A DNA stretch of 64,000 bases from Massalongia carnosa (GCA_965645245.1 OZ287069.1:2418001-2482000); one strand, 5' to 3'. Shown: positions 23,526-38,619, counted from the stretch's first letter. Made by a program: numbers and translations. Notes: generated by a model not told the origin, from the letters alone.

Positions 23526-25491
23526 TCATTCAACCTTGCTCAGCCGCCCAATTTTGCCCCCAAGACCATCCTTACCCGCCAGCTTGTCGACTTCGCCGGC
23601 GATATCGAATGGGGAAATTTTACCTCCAGCATCTTCTTTCATGGTAGCCCCCAACGGCTGCGCACACGGATCCGGCGCGAATTGCACTACACATCCGCGA
23701 AAGGCGCGGTATGCGGTAATTATCCTGTGGGCTTGGCCGGCATAAGTGGTAGACGTGAAGCGGAGCGATAGTACATCATTGTCGCGCAGTTCCATGAACT
23801 CAATCCGGTTCGATTTCATGACAGAGCAAACCCGAAGTTGACGGCGGAGCTCAGAAGGTGACACGCGGCGGGGGTACTTGCTTACTTCCAAGCAGCGAGT
23901 TCGTGCTCCGTCGAAGACGACTTTTTGGCTCAATTGCCTATCCGGCCATGTAGGGGTTTTGAGGAGTGATACACGGGCGGTCTGGTTGTTTAGAGTGATC
24001 GGGTGATTTTCGGCATGAGCAACGAGAGCCGATGCACTCCGCTCGTGTAAGAAAGTTACTAGGGCAGTTTTTCCACCGGTGATAGTTGAGGTATTTAGTA
24101 GCTTGGCGTCCACCACAACCCCGCCCTTTACTTGGTCGAGAATTGCCGTCATCGTAGCTTCTTGGGGCAAGTCAGAGATCAATAGAGTTCGAAAGGTGTT
24201 CCAGGATCCAGGCGCAGGGTTGTATTGAAGTCCATGCTTGAAATAGTCAGGATATTTCCGCTCGTTGGAATGAGAACCAGATTGTCTCCTATGTGCATTA
24301 ATTACATCTTGTCGTTCCGTTTCAGAATCGTACAGTTGAACGGGGGTATGAATCGTGCCTGAAAGAATATCTCTTGGTAGTTCGCGCGTCATATCATCTT
24401 TGGCAATATACCCAGTAGTGTGAATTGACACCTTTTTGGGGACTTGAACGAAATCGTTGGAATATATTGGAGTTGTAAAGGCCCGTGGCGGTAGTGCAAC
24501 CCCATCTTGAACAGGCGGAACTAGCGTCTGGTTTGGTGCCTCAACATGCCCTGCGTTTGCATGAAAGAGACGGGAAGAGGCAGAGTTTACTGCTGTCAAA
24601 TCGCCGTCTGAGCCTAATTCAGTGTCCGAAAAACCGACATTCTTGGAGCTGCTGGCGTCTGCATTAGCAGCTTTGGGTGCCTTTTCTTTCTGCAGAGAAT
24701 TTAGTCCGTATGGTCAAAAATATAAGGGAGAACCTTACCATCATAATAATCTTATCATCACCGTTCGAGCCCTTGAGAGGACTAGTACGATCACGAACGA
24801 AATGAAAAATATATGAAGAGTCGGAGAGACTGTCGGACTCCTGTTGCGAAAAGTCATGTGCTAGTGCTTTGAGCTCGCCAGCGCAGTTGGCGACGTCAAT
24901 AGAACCCGATTGGCTACACGTGCTCTTGAGGTCATCGCTAATATTGAACTTTGAAAGGGATTCCTTATTACAAAGCAGAGGTGCCTGGGCTTCACCAAGA
25001 TCTAACAAATCCCCCAAAACCCCATCTCCGCCTCGAGCAGCGGTGGCAATGAGAGGCGATGATTTGTCGACGTGGGAAGTAATCGAGGTCGTAAGGTCCA
25101 CGATCCGCTTCAAAGCGCGCTCTAACATGTACCTAGCGCAGTCCTTTTCAGTCTTAACTTGGTAAAGCCTCCTTTCAAAATCAGTATATTCTTTCGTCGG
25201 AGCATTCCCGGTAGGTGCTTGGCTTCCTGCCGTGAAATTTAGCTGTAGAAGATGGCGAACAGTGACTTCGGCTTCGGCCTTTTCCTTTTCTACCTTCATC
25301 AGCTGCGTATCCAGCACGGCGATTCGATTTCGTAGGTTTGCAGTGTCTATAGAAGCGTCTGCGCATCTTTGACAATATTGGTCTTGATTTGTGGGGCATG
25401 GGTGGGATTGAACCGGGTAAAGAAATGATGGAGCAAGAGGAATGCTCCCGTAGAATGGCAAATAAGTGGTGTTACTGAAAGGGAAAGCCAT
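23526..25491 (-). CDS. conserved fungal hypothetical protein with N-terminal coiled coil and C-terminal RRM-like domains (intron 24690-24738)
   Basis: Two long ORFs joined by a GTAAGG..CTGCAG intron. RTLLISDLP..VKGGVVVDAKLL..TALVTF, TRCLEV and VQFAPDPC are RRM-like motifs. Confidence 0.7.
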
Positions 25492-27428
25492 GACTAAGAG
25501 ATTTCGTGGCTTCTCTTGGAGTTCAATAAGGCACCAAAGAAGTTCGACGATTGGAAATTAAATTAGGCTAAATCGTCCAGAGATGCAGAAGTCAGACAAA
25601 ATTGGAATGCACCTCATGCGTTTGATAGTAAGACAATCTGCTCGATTACTGAGCGGAAATAGATGTAGGAGCTATAGGAATAGAAAGAAAAATCAAAAAC
25701 ATCGGCAAAAGGTGAGGCAGTGTTGAGTCGATTTGGGGGTTATAAACAGCTCCTTTTGAGTAAAGGTAACGGATATAGGAGCTCAGGCTGAGAATGAGTT
25801 TAAATCTTAGCACTGCTGATTTCAAGGTGAACGTTGTTACTTACTGTTTATAGGGACCTATCAGGGTTTAAGGGAGGTCCTGATGAACCGAGAGAAGCCC
25901 TTTATGACGTTGAGTACGAGAGCAAGGTGAACAGGAGAGGGCGGGAGGAATAAACCACCTCAAACCACAGTAGGCAAAGTGACTCAAGAGTTGATCAAGT
26001 AGATGACTAGGCCAAAGATATGATAACGAGGAGGAGAATGAGTAGAATTTTATTTCATGCAGCAATTCGTACCTTCCTCGCCAGAGTAATGATTGTAGTA
26101 GTCCCCTGTCTTTGATTTTTGTAGTAGGTTATTGAGGTTGGCTATTCCATGGCCTATAATAAATATGGCCGCTAATTATCTGACTGTTACTTGAGAAGTA
26201 GATTTGTATGTTGCAACAACAGTCAAGAATCAACAAGGGAGAGATTATCTGACTTGCTCAGATGTGCGGAAGGCTTCGCTAGATGCTGCGCCCAGATTAG
26301 GAAGTCACCATGAGGAAGGCATGCTACGGACCCAACGAGACTTACTTTGATGAACTGTTAGAAGCATATCTATCATAACGATGGAACGCTTTTGTTCCAC
26401 CTATCCAAAACACCCCGCCACCCCCTATCAAGAGAATTTTTTAGATCAAGTTTAATCCCCTAAAAGGCGTCTTTCCTACATCAACATGTATAAAACCACT
26501 TTTTGAAAAAGAAGAAATGAACGGATTTTGTTTGTAGACATAATTAATTCAAACCTCGAACCCAGAACCAATCTTGTGAAACATGCAGAAACATCTTAGC
26601 GCTTGACTTCTCTAGTATTGGAGCAGCTCGCCGGTTTATATGTATAAGAAATCCATGTATTATGTACTCGTACACTGCCTTTCAGGAGTTAAGTTGCATT
26701 ATTTCAAGTTAGGAACACAAGCTAGAACAACGCATAGGGAACGCCCTTTCCTGAAGCACTCACACCAGCCAAAGAAAGAAGTAGCGGCCAAGATGTCGAT
26801 ATCTCGACTACTGAAACCACCCTCTAATTTTTGGGCACCCCTAGTGATGCGGATACTGTTGGTCATTGGGCAGACTTGTATGCCTATCTTACATGGATCG
26901 ATTTTCAACGAGGCATATTGGGGCACCACCTCCACGCATTATTACCTTTCTATTCTCCATCACAAATCCACTAACGGGACTAGAACTGACATGCAACCAC
27001 GCAAATAGCACACGCTGAATTATCAGGCGTTTGGGTGGATGTGGAATTAATCGGTAATTTTTTTCGAATTAATCAAGGGATGCTGAGGATATTAGGGAAT
27101 TGCGATCGTGCAGAGCCGCGTCCACTCATCCTCTTTCTGAGTAGGTGTCTCTTTTTTAACTTAGTTCGTCATCATCATAAAACGTGGAGTATGATTGGTG
27201 GGGATCCTGACAATAGTCTATTGAGGGGTAACTATTACTCTTGCTCCCGTGCGGAGTACTAGTACATCGTCACAGTTAATGCACATTGCTAGACCGCCAT
27301 GGGTGCAGAAGAGTTGCTTTTGATCGACCCTCGCATACCAATACTCTTTTTGTCACCCTCTTCCACGATCGTTTTCCAGTTCGTTGCACATCACCCACCT
27401 TTCGCTATAGTTCTATAGCGCAGGTAGA

Positions 27429-29255
27429 ATGAAGAATGCCGTGCATCATGTCGGCTTGGACAGCACTCATGCTCCTTCGGATGACGAGAAGACGATTGTG
27501 GGTGTAGGGGGTCGAAATCAGCTTCCACCAGATCCAGATGCAGGACTCAGTGACGAAGAGAAAGCCCGGATTGTATGACCCGAGAAGAGGCTCGGATAAC
27601 AAAAAACCACGCTGATAAAACATCGCATCTAGGATAGGCGACTCTTGTGGAAGCTGGACCTCCGCCTGATACCGTGGCTATGTCTTCTCTACCTGATTAG
27701 TTTTCTGGACAGAACGAATATCGGAAATGCGAAGCTGGATGGCTTGCAAGAGAGTTTGCACATCACCGGCGGCCAGTACAATGCCGCGCTCTCCATCTTC
27801 TTCGTTTCCTACGCCCTAGCGGAGCCATTGACGAATGTCCTACTGAAGCGCCTTCGCCCCAGCATCTTCTTACCCAGCATCATGCTTGCCTGGGGGATAT
27901 GCATGACGACCATGGGGCTCGTCCATAATTGGTCGGGATTGATGGCTGCTCGATTCTTTTTGGGATTGGCCGAGGCCGGCTTGTTTCCGGGCATCAACTA
28001 TTATTTATCATGTTGGTATAAGAGAAGCGAGTTCGGCATCCGAGCAGCCATTTTCTTCTCAGCTGCCGCTGTATCTGGATCGTTTGGCGGCCTACTGGCC
28101 GCAGCAATCACAAAAATGAGCGGGATTGGCGGCAAGAAAGGCTGGGCTTGGATCTTCATCTTAGAAGGATTGGGTAGGTTGATTCAAGTCTAATCACGCA
28201 CTGCTAATTGGCGGCAAGCGACCATGTTGGTTGGTATCGCATCATTCTGGATGGTCTATGACTTCCCAGACGAGGCGACCTTCCTCTCAGATGCTGATCG
28301 CCAACGGGTGATTTGGCGTTTGAAAGCGGATCAGCAATCTTCCGCGGAGCATGAAGATTTCAGAAGTTCATATTTCTGGGCGTCCGTCAAGGACTGGAAA
28401 ACTTACACGAGCGCTATCATATACATGGGCTGTGAGTTGAGTATGCCTTGGTTTCTTCTTAACTTACTAACATTCCTCCCAGGTGATGGACCTCTCTATG
28501 CTTTTTCCCTTTTTCTCCCCACAATTGTGAATGCTATGGGGTATAAATCAACTCATGCCCAACTTCTTTCTGTTCCTCCCTACGCAGTTGCGGCAGTGAT
28601 GACTATCACTATTGGATTCATCGCCGACCGCACCCAACAACGTGGCCTCTGCAATATGGGCATCTCCATCATCGGTATCCTTGGCTTTGGTGAGTCGAAA
28701 TGACGATCCCTCGCTCTATATGTAAATGCTTCCAGCAGCAGCGGCTGATAGCTATTTTCAAAGCAATGCTGCTTGGGGGTTCCACTCCTCATATTCAATA
28801 TGCTGGTACCTTTCTCGGGGCTATCGGCATTTACCCATGTATCGCAAATACCATCACCTGGGTAGCGAACAACACCGAAGGCGTTTATAAAAGAGGTGTC
28901 ACGCTGGGATTCGTCATTGGCTGGGGAAATCTCAACGGGGTTGTGAGCAGCAACATATACCGCGTCGTTGACAAGCCACGCTATAAACCTGGACATGGGG
29001 TCGTCATGGCTTATCTAATTACATTCCTTCTAGGTGGGAGCGCTCTGCAGTATGTCCTCCTTAGGGCGGAGAATGCGAAGAGGCTCGCTGGGAAGAGAAA
29101 TGTTTGGGTGGAGGGGAAAAGCCGGAAGGAAATTGAGGCGTTGGGCGATAAAAGGTTCGTGTTGCATTTTGTCCGCTTTACTAATGGTGGAATTTGATGC
29201 AGTATTTGCTGACCAAATTTGCTGCTCTAGGCCCGATTTCATATATACACTATAG
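27429..29255 (+). CDS. MFS transporter, anion:cation symporter (Dal5/Tna1-like) family, multi-exon
   Basis: WKLDLRLIPWLCLLYLISFLDRTNIGNAKL, ARFFLGLAEAGLFPG, WAWIFILEGL, AQLLSVPPYA, NNTEGVYKR, RPDFIYTL*. Confidence 0.92.
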
Positions 29256-30196
29256 CGGACTAGCCTAGCTTGTATAATTGGATTGTTGAGAGTGCTATGT
29301 TTCCACCTTGAATGAATGTTGGATAACTCAATCAACACTACCTGCCTTTCGGTTTTTCGCTCCAAGAATTCTATGCACGCAGCCACAGGTTTCAACGCGA
29401 TGCCAAAAATCGTTCCTGACTTAATCAGGACTCCCCAGAACCGTCACAAACTTCAACGTCTCCTGAAAAACCACCAAACAACCATCTCATCCCAACCCCC
29501 ACTCACTTCACCTCCACTGCTTAAACCGCTTTTTTTACATCCTCACTCCTAGCCATTCAATGCCCCCCTCCCTCCAACGGAACCGGTAACTTTCAGTTTC
29601 AGACACTATTTTCTCCCCCAGTTTAGAGGGAATGAATGCAGCAGAAGCGTAGGTTTCTTCTGTGTATGGATTTTTGGTGCCACACATCATCACGTCATGG
29701 GAGACGTATCTTGAGGACTAGTATTTAGGGGGAGAATTGGTTCTGTGGTTGAGAGGGTTGGTTGATTGGGAGGTAAGTACGTAGATAAGTAAAGGTTCAA
29801 ACAAAAGATGATGAATCCATGGACATGAATGATACCGAGTTCCTTTTCCCTCTCTTTTGTTCTTCTTCTTCTTCTTCTCCCTCTCTCGGAATGCAAAAAA
29901 GGAAGACGGAAAGACGGAAAGACAAAATGATACGAATCCCAATCGAGGGAAAGGATTCTCCGCAAAGTTCTGGGACATCGATACATAGACAGGAAAACCG
30001 GGGTATAGGCGGGCATTTCATTGCCGATTATGCATCGTACACGGGGTCAGAGAACTAGTTATACAAAACTTCCTATTCCCTCCGCTTCGCCTTCCTTTAA
30101 GGCTTGGGGGATGTCGTGAGAGTGAAACTTAAATTAAACCCCCCCTAAAAAAACCCCGAAAAATTAAACGTATCACGAGAAGCCTCAGCTCGATGG

Positions 30197-32338
30197 CTAG
30201 AACACTATTTTCCTTCTTCCTTCCTTTCGCCCTGAGATCCCGTTACCACCACCACCAAATTCCTCCTCCTTTGTCTTCCCTGGCCCCCTCCCAAGAACCC
30301 GCCTCACACTTGCTCCCCCAAATCCCAACGACCACGTCATTTCCTCCGGTTGCTGAGCTATCGCAAGTCTCACTGTTCGCCCTACAAACGTCTCCGAGTC
30401 GTCCGTCACGGTGGAATTCACCGCACGCACGTGCCTCCTGTAAAGCTCATACGTAGCTCCTCCCCCGGATGAGCTAGCTTCGGCACCTTTAAAGGAGAAA
30501 TCTTGCTCGGTTACTCCGTAGCTGTAGGAGCGGTTTCCTGCAGATAAGAACCCCGCGCTACCGGTTTGCGTGGTTGATAAAAAGGCACCGACGAATTTGG
30601 GGAGGGGAGTGTGGACAAGTTCCGTGTTCGTGGGCGGAGGATTTCCAGAGATATCATTGAGAGTATTGGGAGGCAAAATGTCGAGGGGTTGGATTCCAGA
30701 AGGAAAGACGGCAGAACCAATGACATTATATGTGAGGCTTCGAAAGATGGCAGCGGCGATACCCACTCCTCCGATCTCATTGATGAAAAAGGAAGAATTC
30801 ACTTCCAAGGGGTATTCATAAATGTTGAGGTAGCCGCTCGAGGACTCGTCCGACCCTGTGGTGTTTTGGCGCGTCGATTGATCTAAGCCTTGCTTTCGAA
30901 ATGAGCCGGAACTCCGGTACGAGAGGTGCTGCGTCCAACGAGCATTGTGGGAGCCATTAAAATTGATGACAGTGGAGGAAATGGAGAGGTCGCGCGTGAC
31001 TGTGGTGGCAAACGTTAGGGTTTCGTTTGCTCCAGTCGCATTCGTTGTTAGGGACGATGAGATGGATATTTTTGGTGGAGCTATATTGAACTCTGGGGGA
31101 GATCCTATTGTTACAACTCCCACTACGTCCAAGAACAAGAAGATCTTCCCAGAAACAACCCAGTACGATCCGACGGTCTGAGACAGCGTGGCGTGGCCAG
31201 CTCCGTCATCATCAAGGCCAACAACTCTGATTTCAAAGGAATGAGAAGCACCATCGCAAAGCAGGGGCAGCCAAGGCGTAACATCGATCTCATGCTCCCG
31301 TAAATCGAAAGCGTCAATCCCCGCAATCGGCCGCCAAAGTCCAGGGGAGATTCCCCCAGTAAAAATAACGGGAAAGGGCCACGAAACACCAGCCAAACGG
31401 CCGTCTATCAACAGCTGAACCTCACGGAAAGGCGAATAACCATACAATGTGCCAGTCGTCGCTTCAAACGTGCCTTTTTCAGATGAGAAAACGTTAGAAT
31501 ACCAGAATTCTTCGGCAGACTGGCCACACGTAGAGAGGGAAATTACTGCTCTCTTCACGTTCCTAGGTAGCTCGTAAGCTACGGAAGCATTTTGCGAAGG
31601 CAACGAAAAGGCACTACCCATTCCAGCGGATGATTGTCTGGCTGAAATTGGCAGTATAACGTCTGCAGGGGCTTCAGCGTCTGGGGTCGTGAAAAAAGTC
31701 GCAGTTAGCGAAGCGTTAAAAGTTCCAGTGTAGATTTCGTTAACTAAGTTTCCGAGGTCAAAGATGATCTTTTGCTCCGTCTTCCACAGAGCGGTGTACT
31801 GGTTCATTTCTTTGATGTAGGTCCAAACAATTCCATTTCTGGTTGGCTCAGCAGTGGATGTTCGGAATACTTCGATATCGCCAAGATACATAAGTCCAAG
31901 GCGGTCAAATTGACGCCCTTTTGATGTGACAGTCAAGTTCATCGTCACCCGGTTAAAATTACATGGTGGGGGTTGGTAGGATCCTGGTCACCAGAGCGCT
32001 TTAGCCAAACTCGGGGAGTATTTATAAGAAGCTCGCATACCAACAAAAGGAACTCCATAGCTGAAAGCAAATACATGATCCATCAGTAATTCTGTATGAA
32101 CGCATCCATGCTTGTCGCCTGTCCCTGTTGGAGTAAAGACTGGCTCATGGACTTGAAAATTCACCAGCGGTGATATTGCCGGGGCCTGACGTGCTTCCAA
32201 GGCAATGTCAGGGTCTTGACATAAAACTGCATTCTGCTTCACGAAGGTAATAACGCACAAGAGCAGGAGATATTGGCCGTTGATAAAACTCCTTGCTAGA
32301 TCCATGATAGGAGGGAGCCCATGTATTAAGCCTACCAT
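30197..32338 (-). CDS. peptide-N4-(N-acetyl-beta-glucosaminyl)asparagine amidase A (PNGase A family), one intron near 31983-32038
   Basis: Signal-like N-terminus; HVFAFSYGVPF, GRQFDRLGLMYLGDIEVFRTSTAEP, EEFWYSN, PFREVQLLIDG..WPFPVIFTGG..LWRPI. Confidence 0.9.
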
Positions 32339-33600
32339 CTCCAGTAGTCTGCAATGCCGATGGTACTCTCTTCGCAGTATTCACGAGGCATGAAGCCAAC
32401 GCAAAAAGCCAAAAAGTCTGTAGAAAATATCCCCCCATGTTGCCAGAGATACAAGACGAACTGTTATGCAAGATTTTCCTCGTGGGAACGCTCGGGATAA
32501 CCAGATGTATGAGGTCCTATTACTTAGTCCCTTTTCCAACTCTTAGAACCTCGGAGAAAAAGGAACGCTTGAAACGGAACCGTATCTGTATGGGGTATGA
32601 TCAAGTCACGTGCATTATCGTTTCTGCTTAGCTTAGGTAATCGTTCGGTTCAAATACTGAAGTACCTTGTTATCTACTTACTCATCCACTTTACCTATCT
32701 TATCTGTTCTATCTACTCTAGAGTATCGCCATACTTGATTATATGTTTACCACCTACATAATCTACCCACCATGTGCTGCACCTTTTGCTCTATTTACCA
32801 GTCTATCACTCGGTTTGTTTACTACTCGAAACCATATTCCATGTGCTGTTTCGCTTTCCGCTGTCGCCAGTGACTAATGATCCCACTAAGAAACAGATGA
32901 TTTGATTATTTAACATGTAGTCGGATGGTTGTTGGGAAATGGGCCACTGTACGGAGTGCTCCGTAGATGAAGGTGGTTTTGGAAGCCGACTAATGACATG
33001 ACAGAGCGCCCTTGCGGAGCAGAGCGGAGTGGCGGAGCAGGTCCAGGGTAAGACTAAAGTCGCGGGAGATTTAAACCAGACATACACTCTTACCCCAAAG
33101 AAGAACGTATTCTTTTGCTGCCAAATTCGCCTTTTCCCGTTAAGCCGTTTCAGGTTTGTGGCACGGATTAGATTGAGGCATATCTTGTCCTCACTCTTTC
33201 TACGCTTCGTTTTCCTCTTTTGGCTAAGCGGCTGACTGACATATATGAGCGGAACGGCACGTCGACGGTAGCGTACGATGGGTTGTTCCTAAAACTTAAT
33301 CTTTGACTAGGACTCGAAAGTATATAAGTTTCACACGGGCGACGCCGGTTTCATGTTTTGGTTCTTGAATAGCCTGGTCTAAAGGTTAGATGTACCTATG
33401 CTGTCCAACTCCTTTGTAGCAAAAGTTTGCCTGGTCTCTGTTCTTCAGGCGGAATAGGTAATGCACTTCTTCTGGCATACTTAAAGCCGCGGCCACCTCA
33501 TGGAAGTAGTACAATGGCCGATATATGTCTCGAGTTCTTATTCATTTCTTGTTTCTCGTTTTTGCTCAAGAGCCCCAAAACTTACACTCACATACCTAGC

Positions 33601-34353
33601 ATGCACTTTCTTAACATTCTGATGGCTGTAGCCTTCTCCACGGCTTTCACTAATGCCCTTCCACAAGGCCTGAACGACTTTGACGGATCTGGAGGAATGC
33701 CCACAGGGACGGATTCTTCAAATGGGTCAGAAGATTCGGGCAATAATAAAGTGGCGATAGACCCATCCACATTGAGCAACTCTGGTAATTGGAATATACG
33801 TTGGCAGGGACGTGTCTAATGATTAACCCTATTCTAGACACTCTAGATAATACAGGCGACACGTCTAATTCCAACCTCTTTGACAGCGCCATGTTGTCGA
33901 ATGCCAAATTTAAGCCTGAAGCTAGATGCTTAAGTGGTGGCTATTCAACTAGCTTACTTGAATCTGATGCCTCAAATCCATTATGTGCGTTTCCCGGTGG
34001 TGGTGTTCACTCCGTCAAACAAGATCATTGACCCATTCCAGCCTATCTCGACTTCTCCACCACGGATCCGAAGGATGGCGGCGCAACTTCTCATGACCTG
34101 GTCAGCCGGCAAATTCATATCTCTGACCCGAGGGCTAGTGATATTCTCCCGGGTGTTATCAATAGCCTCAAAGGTTCGCCAGCCGGTGACTTTGTTGTAT
34201 GGTTACTAGCGCAGACATAGCTTGAAGGAGCATGATGGAGGATAGATCGCTCGAAGAAAGCGGGAGAAATCCTCCTCGTTCGTTTGACGATGAGGGCTTT
34301 TTTACTTTGTACCTGACAGATAGTTCCGGAGCGCTTGTGGTGGTACTCTATAG
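33601..34353 (+). CDS. small putatively secreted orphan protein, probably 3-4 exons (3' end uncertain)
   Basis: Signal peptide MHFLNILMAVAFSTAFTNALP. Plausible GT..AG introns near 33785-33837 and 33985-34041 keep the frame open. Confidence 0.5.
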
Positions 34354-37300
34354 CGCTAGCCCGGGCGTTAGGTTTAACCCCTGACACTAGTTCAACATCG
34401 TTGGCTACAATTCGAAATACTCCGTACATGATATGTTTTGTTCCACCCGTCACTTCAACATGCGATTTATCAAGCTTAAACCATACCGACCCATTCTCTT
34501 GTCCCAAGGACAAAATCCTCAGGACAAAGCGACAGAGTTCATGCAAGGAGAATCGACTTTCTGCACTAGTCCATACGGGGCCTAACCTTTACCTAGAGTT
34601 ACGGGTTTGCACGTGACTTGTAGCTTTATGTACATACCTACCTGAAGGCGGCAACCTTTACGTGTGCTTGGGTTTTTCGATCTGCGAGAATACTCAAGGT
34701 GATTGCACATGCATTGAGGAATTGCTAGGTGAGGGAGGGTAACCGCTTTCTTTTTTAAATTAAGTATCTTGGTTATTCTTCCCACCGTGAATGTAAAATC
34801 TGACCTAACCATTCCACGTCATTGATTTCAATCCCAACGACGAGCCTTAAGCAAGCTCACATTTTGTCGCTTCCGTCAGGCCTGTTTGTATTTTGGAGTT
34901 AGCAAATCTCATGGGTTCTGAGGGCGACGATAAGTGGTAGATATGACGAGGTACGCACTGCAATTGACTTCTTCTGGGAAGTTCTTCATTTTCCGATTCT
35001 ATTTTTTTGGTATTCTCTATTATCACTGATTTTGGTGGAGAAACTAATATGGTTTGGAGAAGCAAAGAGCGTTCAAAAACTTGCTTCCATAATGGCAATT
35101 GGAGCATCTCCATTTCAGTTTTTACCTTAAAAAATGTCATCATCCACGGCCGGATCAACGTCTTGCCTGTATTGTGTTTTGTTGGGAGCGTCGTTGGTTG
35201 GATGATCGGAGGAAAAGGGCCGTGATCGAAATGATATTGGGACTCCATCATCATTCACTTTTTCGATAAGTACTTTCATAGCTAGGCTAATTGCAACACC
35301 ATCTGTTTGTACCTCAACACTTGGATTCAGCTGGGCCTAGGGGGGGTGAATACGTGAATACAACAGTCTTGTCCAATCTCATGCAAATGAGATCGTATAC
35401 TGACACAGAGCTCACTGGGCTCGGGCACTCAGCTTGCAGATGTCACATTAAAATTGGACGATAAGCTCTTGTGTAGTGTTATAACCAACCAAAGAAAATA
35501 ACGTCATAGAGGGAAATTCTGTTACGCTTTATTTGGCTTCCACCACATCCTGAGTTCTACCGAAGAACTAGCCCATCCATCCGCCAACCTTGAGGAAACA
35601 ATCTAGCAGGAGAGTAGATGGTACGAGAGTCTAGTTCCGTTTCTGCAGTCTTTCATCCCGCGTCCTCTTCTACTATGTTCTCCTTGGTCCACAAACATGG
35701 TATATGTTCAGCTCGGCAAATACCATTTCATCCTCCTTTCATAAACCCCCCTCTTCTGGTTTTGGTTTGAAATTTATGTTTCCTGATCCATTTTTCTTTA
35801 CGTTTCACGTCATCCTTTTTTTTTTTGGAACCTCCCCACGTCTTCTCCCCCTATACTTCTCTTCCGCTGTAGCTTTCTTCGTCACCTGAAGTACATACAC
35901 ATCGCAGAAGGGAGATAGGTATAGGACTTCGGGGAAGGGAGGGGGGGGGGGAAGGTAGAGAGGACGAGGACGGGAAACTTTGGGGATGTCTGGAGATGGG
36001 TAGAGATGCAGGGTGTTATGAAGATATGTAGATTAGATAGATAAATAGATAGAGATGCAGGAAGTCTAAACCCCCAATAAAAAACCAAAAAAGGGGGAGA
36101 TGAACGGCGACGACGTACGAGATACAACAGGGGGACTTCACTAACTACCAAAAAACTCCAGGAGAGCACGAGGGAGAGGATGCAAAACACGAGATCAAAT
36201 ATCCGTTACTTCATCGATCCATCGATCTATTTCCCCCCCATCTCCCGAAAGAAGGGAAGGAAAACAAATACCCCCCACCACTTCCCCTCGCAACTTATCT
36301 ATCTATACCTAGCTCTCTCTTTCTATCTGTCCGTCGTCCAACTTCTGCAGTGTATGTAACTTCCATATACATACATCCATTCATCCATTTATCTTTCCTC
36401 TGCTCGGGTTTCTTTTTCTTCTCCGTATGTGGTAGGAATGGAAATGGAGATGGGAAGGGGAGAATGAAAGATTTCATGAGGGAGGATATGTGGGGGATGT
36501 ATGTACATATGTAATGCGGATAGGTGGATGGATACTTACTCATTACTCACATGCCTACCCAGATGTATATATCAGCAGTCCACATAACTATCTACCTATC
36601 TACCTACCTGTGTATCAATATCCCAATACACCAATATAGAACCTTTCCATTACATCCCATCATCATAGCAAGCAAGCAGATCCCTAGCAACTCCCCCCCT
36701 TCCCACAGCTCACATCCTGTATCCCCTATCCATAATCCTAAGCCCCCGCTCTTCCGTTACCCTTGAATGGTTGGCTAGCTAGCTAAATTCCATAACCATC
36801 CATTCGCCCCTGCTCTGGAGGGCTGGACTTTCCACCTGGGCTTCGCTTCGTCAAAACATGGTAAAGTGTATATAACTTCGAGCCAATTATAAGGGTTGGA
36901 GGACGGAATAGGAAAATTCGTGTCAAAAAGGGGTCGGAACCGTCTGAAACAAGGTGTTCTCATCATTTCGGATTTATGCTTTGCAATTCTGACACTCATC
37001 ATCTCCACTTTGTAAACGGTGCGGTGAGTGCTCGTGTTGACATAGGATGCGTCAGTAATGCCAGGACCGGTAAAACTAGTGACACGCAGGTGATCTAGAT
37101 CGGAGTAATCGGACGTCTCGGAGCGTGGGACTTGGGTGTTCTCTAGCTTGTCAATAGCGAGTGCTTCAGGCTTGCAAGACTTGGCCTCATTTCTTTGTTT
37201 TCATCTCTGACCATAACTCTCCTCATCCCCCTCCTCCGCATAGTATTCTTCTTCTGTAATCGTTTATGAACCGTTCAAGGTGTATAGTGATCTGCGAGCT

Positions 37301-38619
37301 GTGTTCATAGTTATCCTCTTCGTTCCTTGCTTGCAAGAATGTACTTCTCGGAAATCAACTTCCTTGGCTTCGAAGGGGATCGATGAAGCAATTTGGATAA
37401 CTCGAAGGGGGTTGGTTTCGATTTGCTTCTTTTCACATACCCTAGCACCTTGTCATAATCCTCTTTAATTTTTAGACCACGCAAGTAGGAATTACTGTAG
37501 TCCTCGAACCTCGGCATCGGTCATTTGGTTTTCGACATGATTATTGGCTGGGCAAGGTTGGCGAAGGCAAAGGTAACGACTGAGAGTTGCGTCTTGTGCG
37601 TGTCAAGCAGTTTCACCTTTCATGGGCTCTGATTGATAATGAGGTTGATCCTTGAGGCAAAGAAAACTGTGTGACAATGATTGCAAGAAACTCGGAAGCT
37701 TAAGACTTGATGTGGCAGCTCAAAGGGTCAAAGTATCGTTGAACTTTGATAAGCGTTCCTCAGGCAGCCTTTTAGCTCGAAACATCGAAGACCCGGCGAA
37801 AAAGTAAGATAGTAGAGGAACATCTACTAGGCATAGCATCTCTATGCTTCTTAAGCGCAAAAATGCGCGATCTAGAGGGCACCTATGTAGGCCCATTGAA
37901 TACCTGTATGAACCTTCAACTAGCGGCCGGATAGTTATTTTCTTTTTACCCACCCTCACTTTTCTCCCACGTCTTGATTCAGGGATAGTTAAAGCACCCC
38001 GTTAAAGGAGGAGGGAAGGAGTGATGGTAAAAAATCATGGTTTGGGTTTGTGAACCAGATGAGAAGAGGTCAAGGGATGATATTGAAGTACTTGTTAAAT
38101 CGCTGGAACCGCTACGATTCCAGTTATAATTTTGAAAGGAGGATCATAAACACAAGAAACAAAAAAAAAATTTAATTACTGAATATCTCAGCACTCGGAC
38201 TTGGAGAAAATACTGAACTGAAAACAGCCATAAAAAAACTTTGGGTAAGTTCATATGAGAACTTGAGGAAAGGGAACAGTGAGAACGAAGTAGGAAGGGA
38301 GGAGCGAAGGTACGTTGGAGGTTGGGCAAAACATGAGAAAATGAAAGAAAGGAAGGAAGCTCTATGAAGGAATAGATCGAAGAGAGCCTCTCTTCAGCTC
38401 AATGCGTCTATCTGGTAATTGAAAATTAAATTACAGGGGTGGTTTTGGTTATCTATAAGTCGGTATTATCAACGAACTTGGAAAGCACCTCACCGAAACT
38501 CTGGACGATTCATCATCTCGCCCTTCTCCTATTCAATCCAATCCAATTCCGTTTCATCTTATCAGAATCTTAGGAGAAAGCCATTGAGATGACATGGTAA
38601 CCGGCGCACCGCAATCACT

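Noticed and set aside
29690..30058. Overlapping ORFs on both strands
   Set aside because: Simple-repeat-rich 3' region between convergent genes; no coding signal.
35700..36770. Several short ORFs in purine/pyrimidine-skewed sequence
   Set aside because: Low-complexity intergenic DNA with non-protein-like composition.
37083..37093. CACGCAGGTGA matching the MITE terminus
   Set aside because: Only 11 nt with no partner TIR, and it lies in an open minus-strand frame; probably chance.
36775..37520. Possible minus-strand orphan gene (~140 open codons)
   Set aside because: No clear start, splice structure or recognisable motif.
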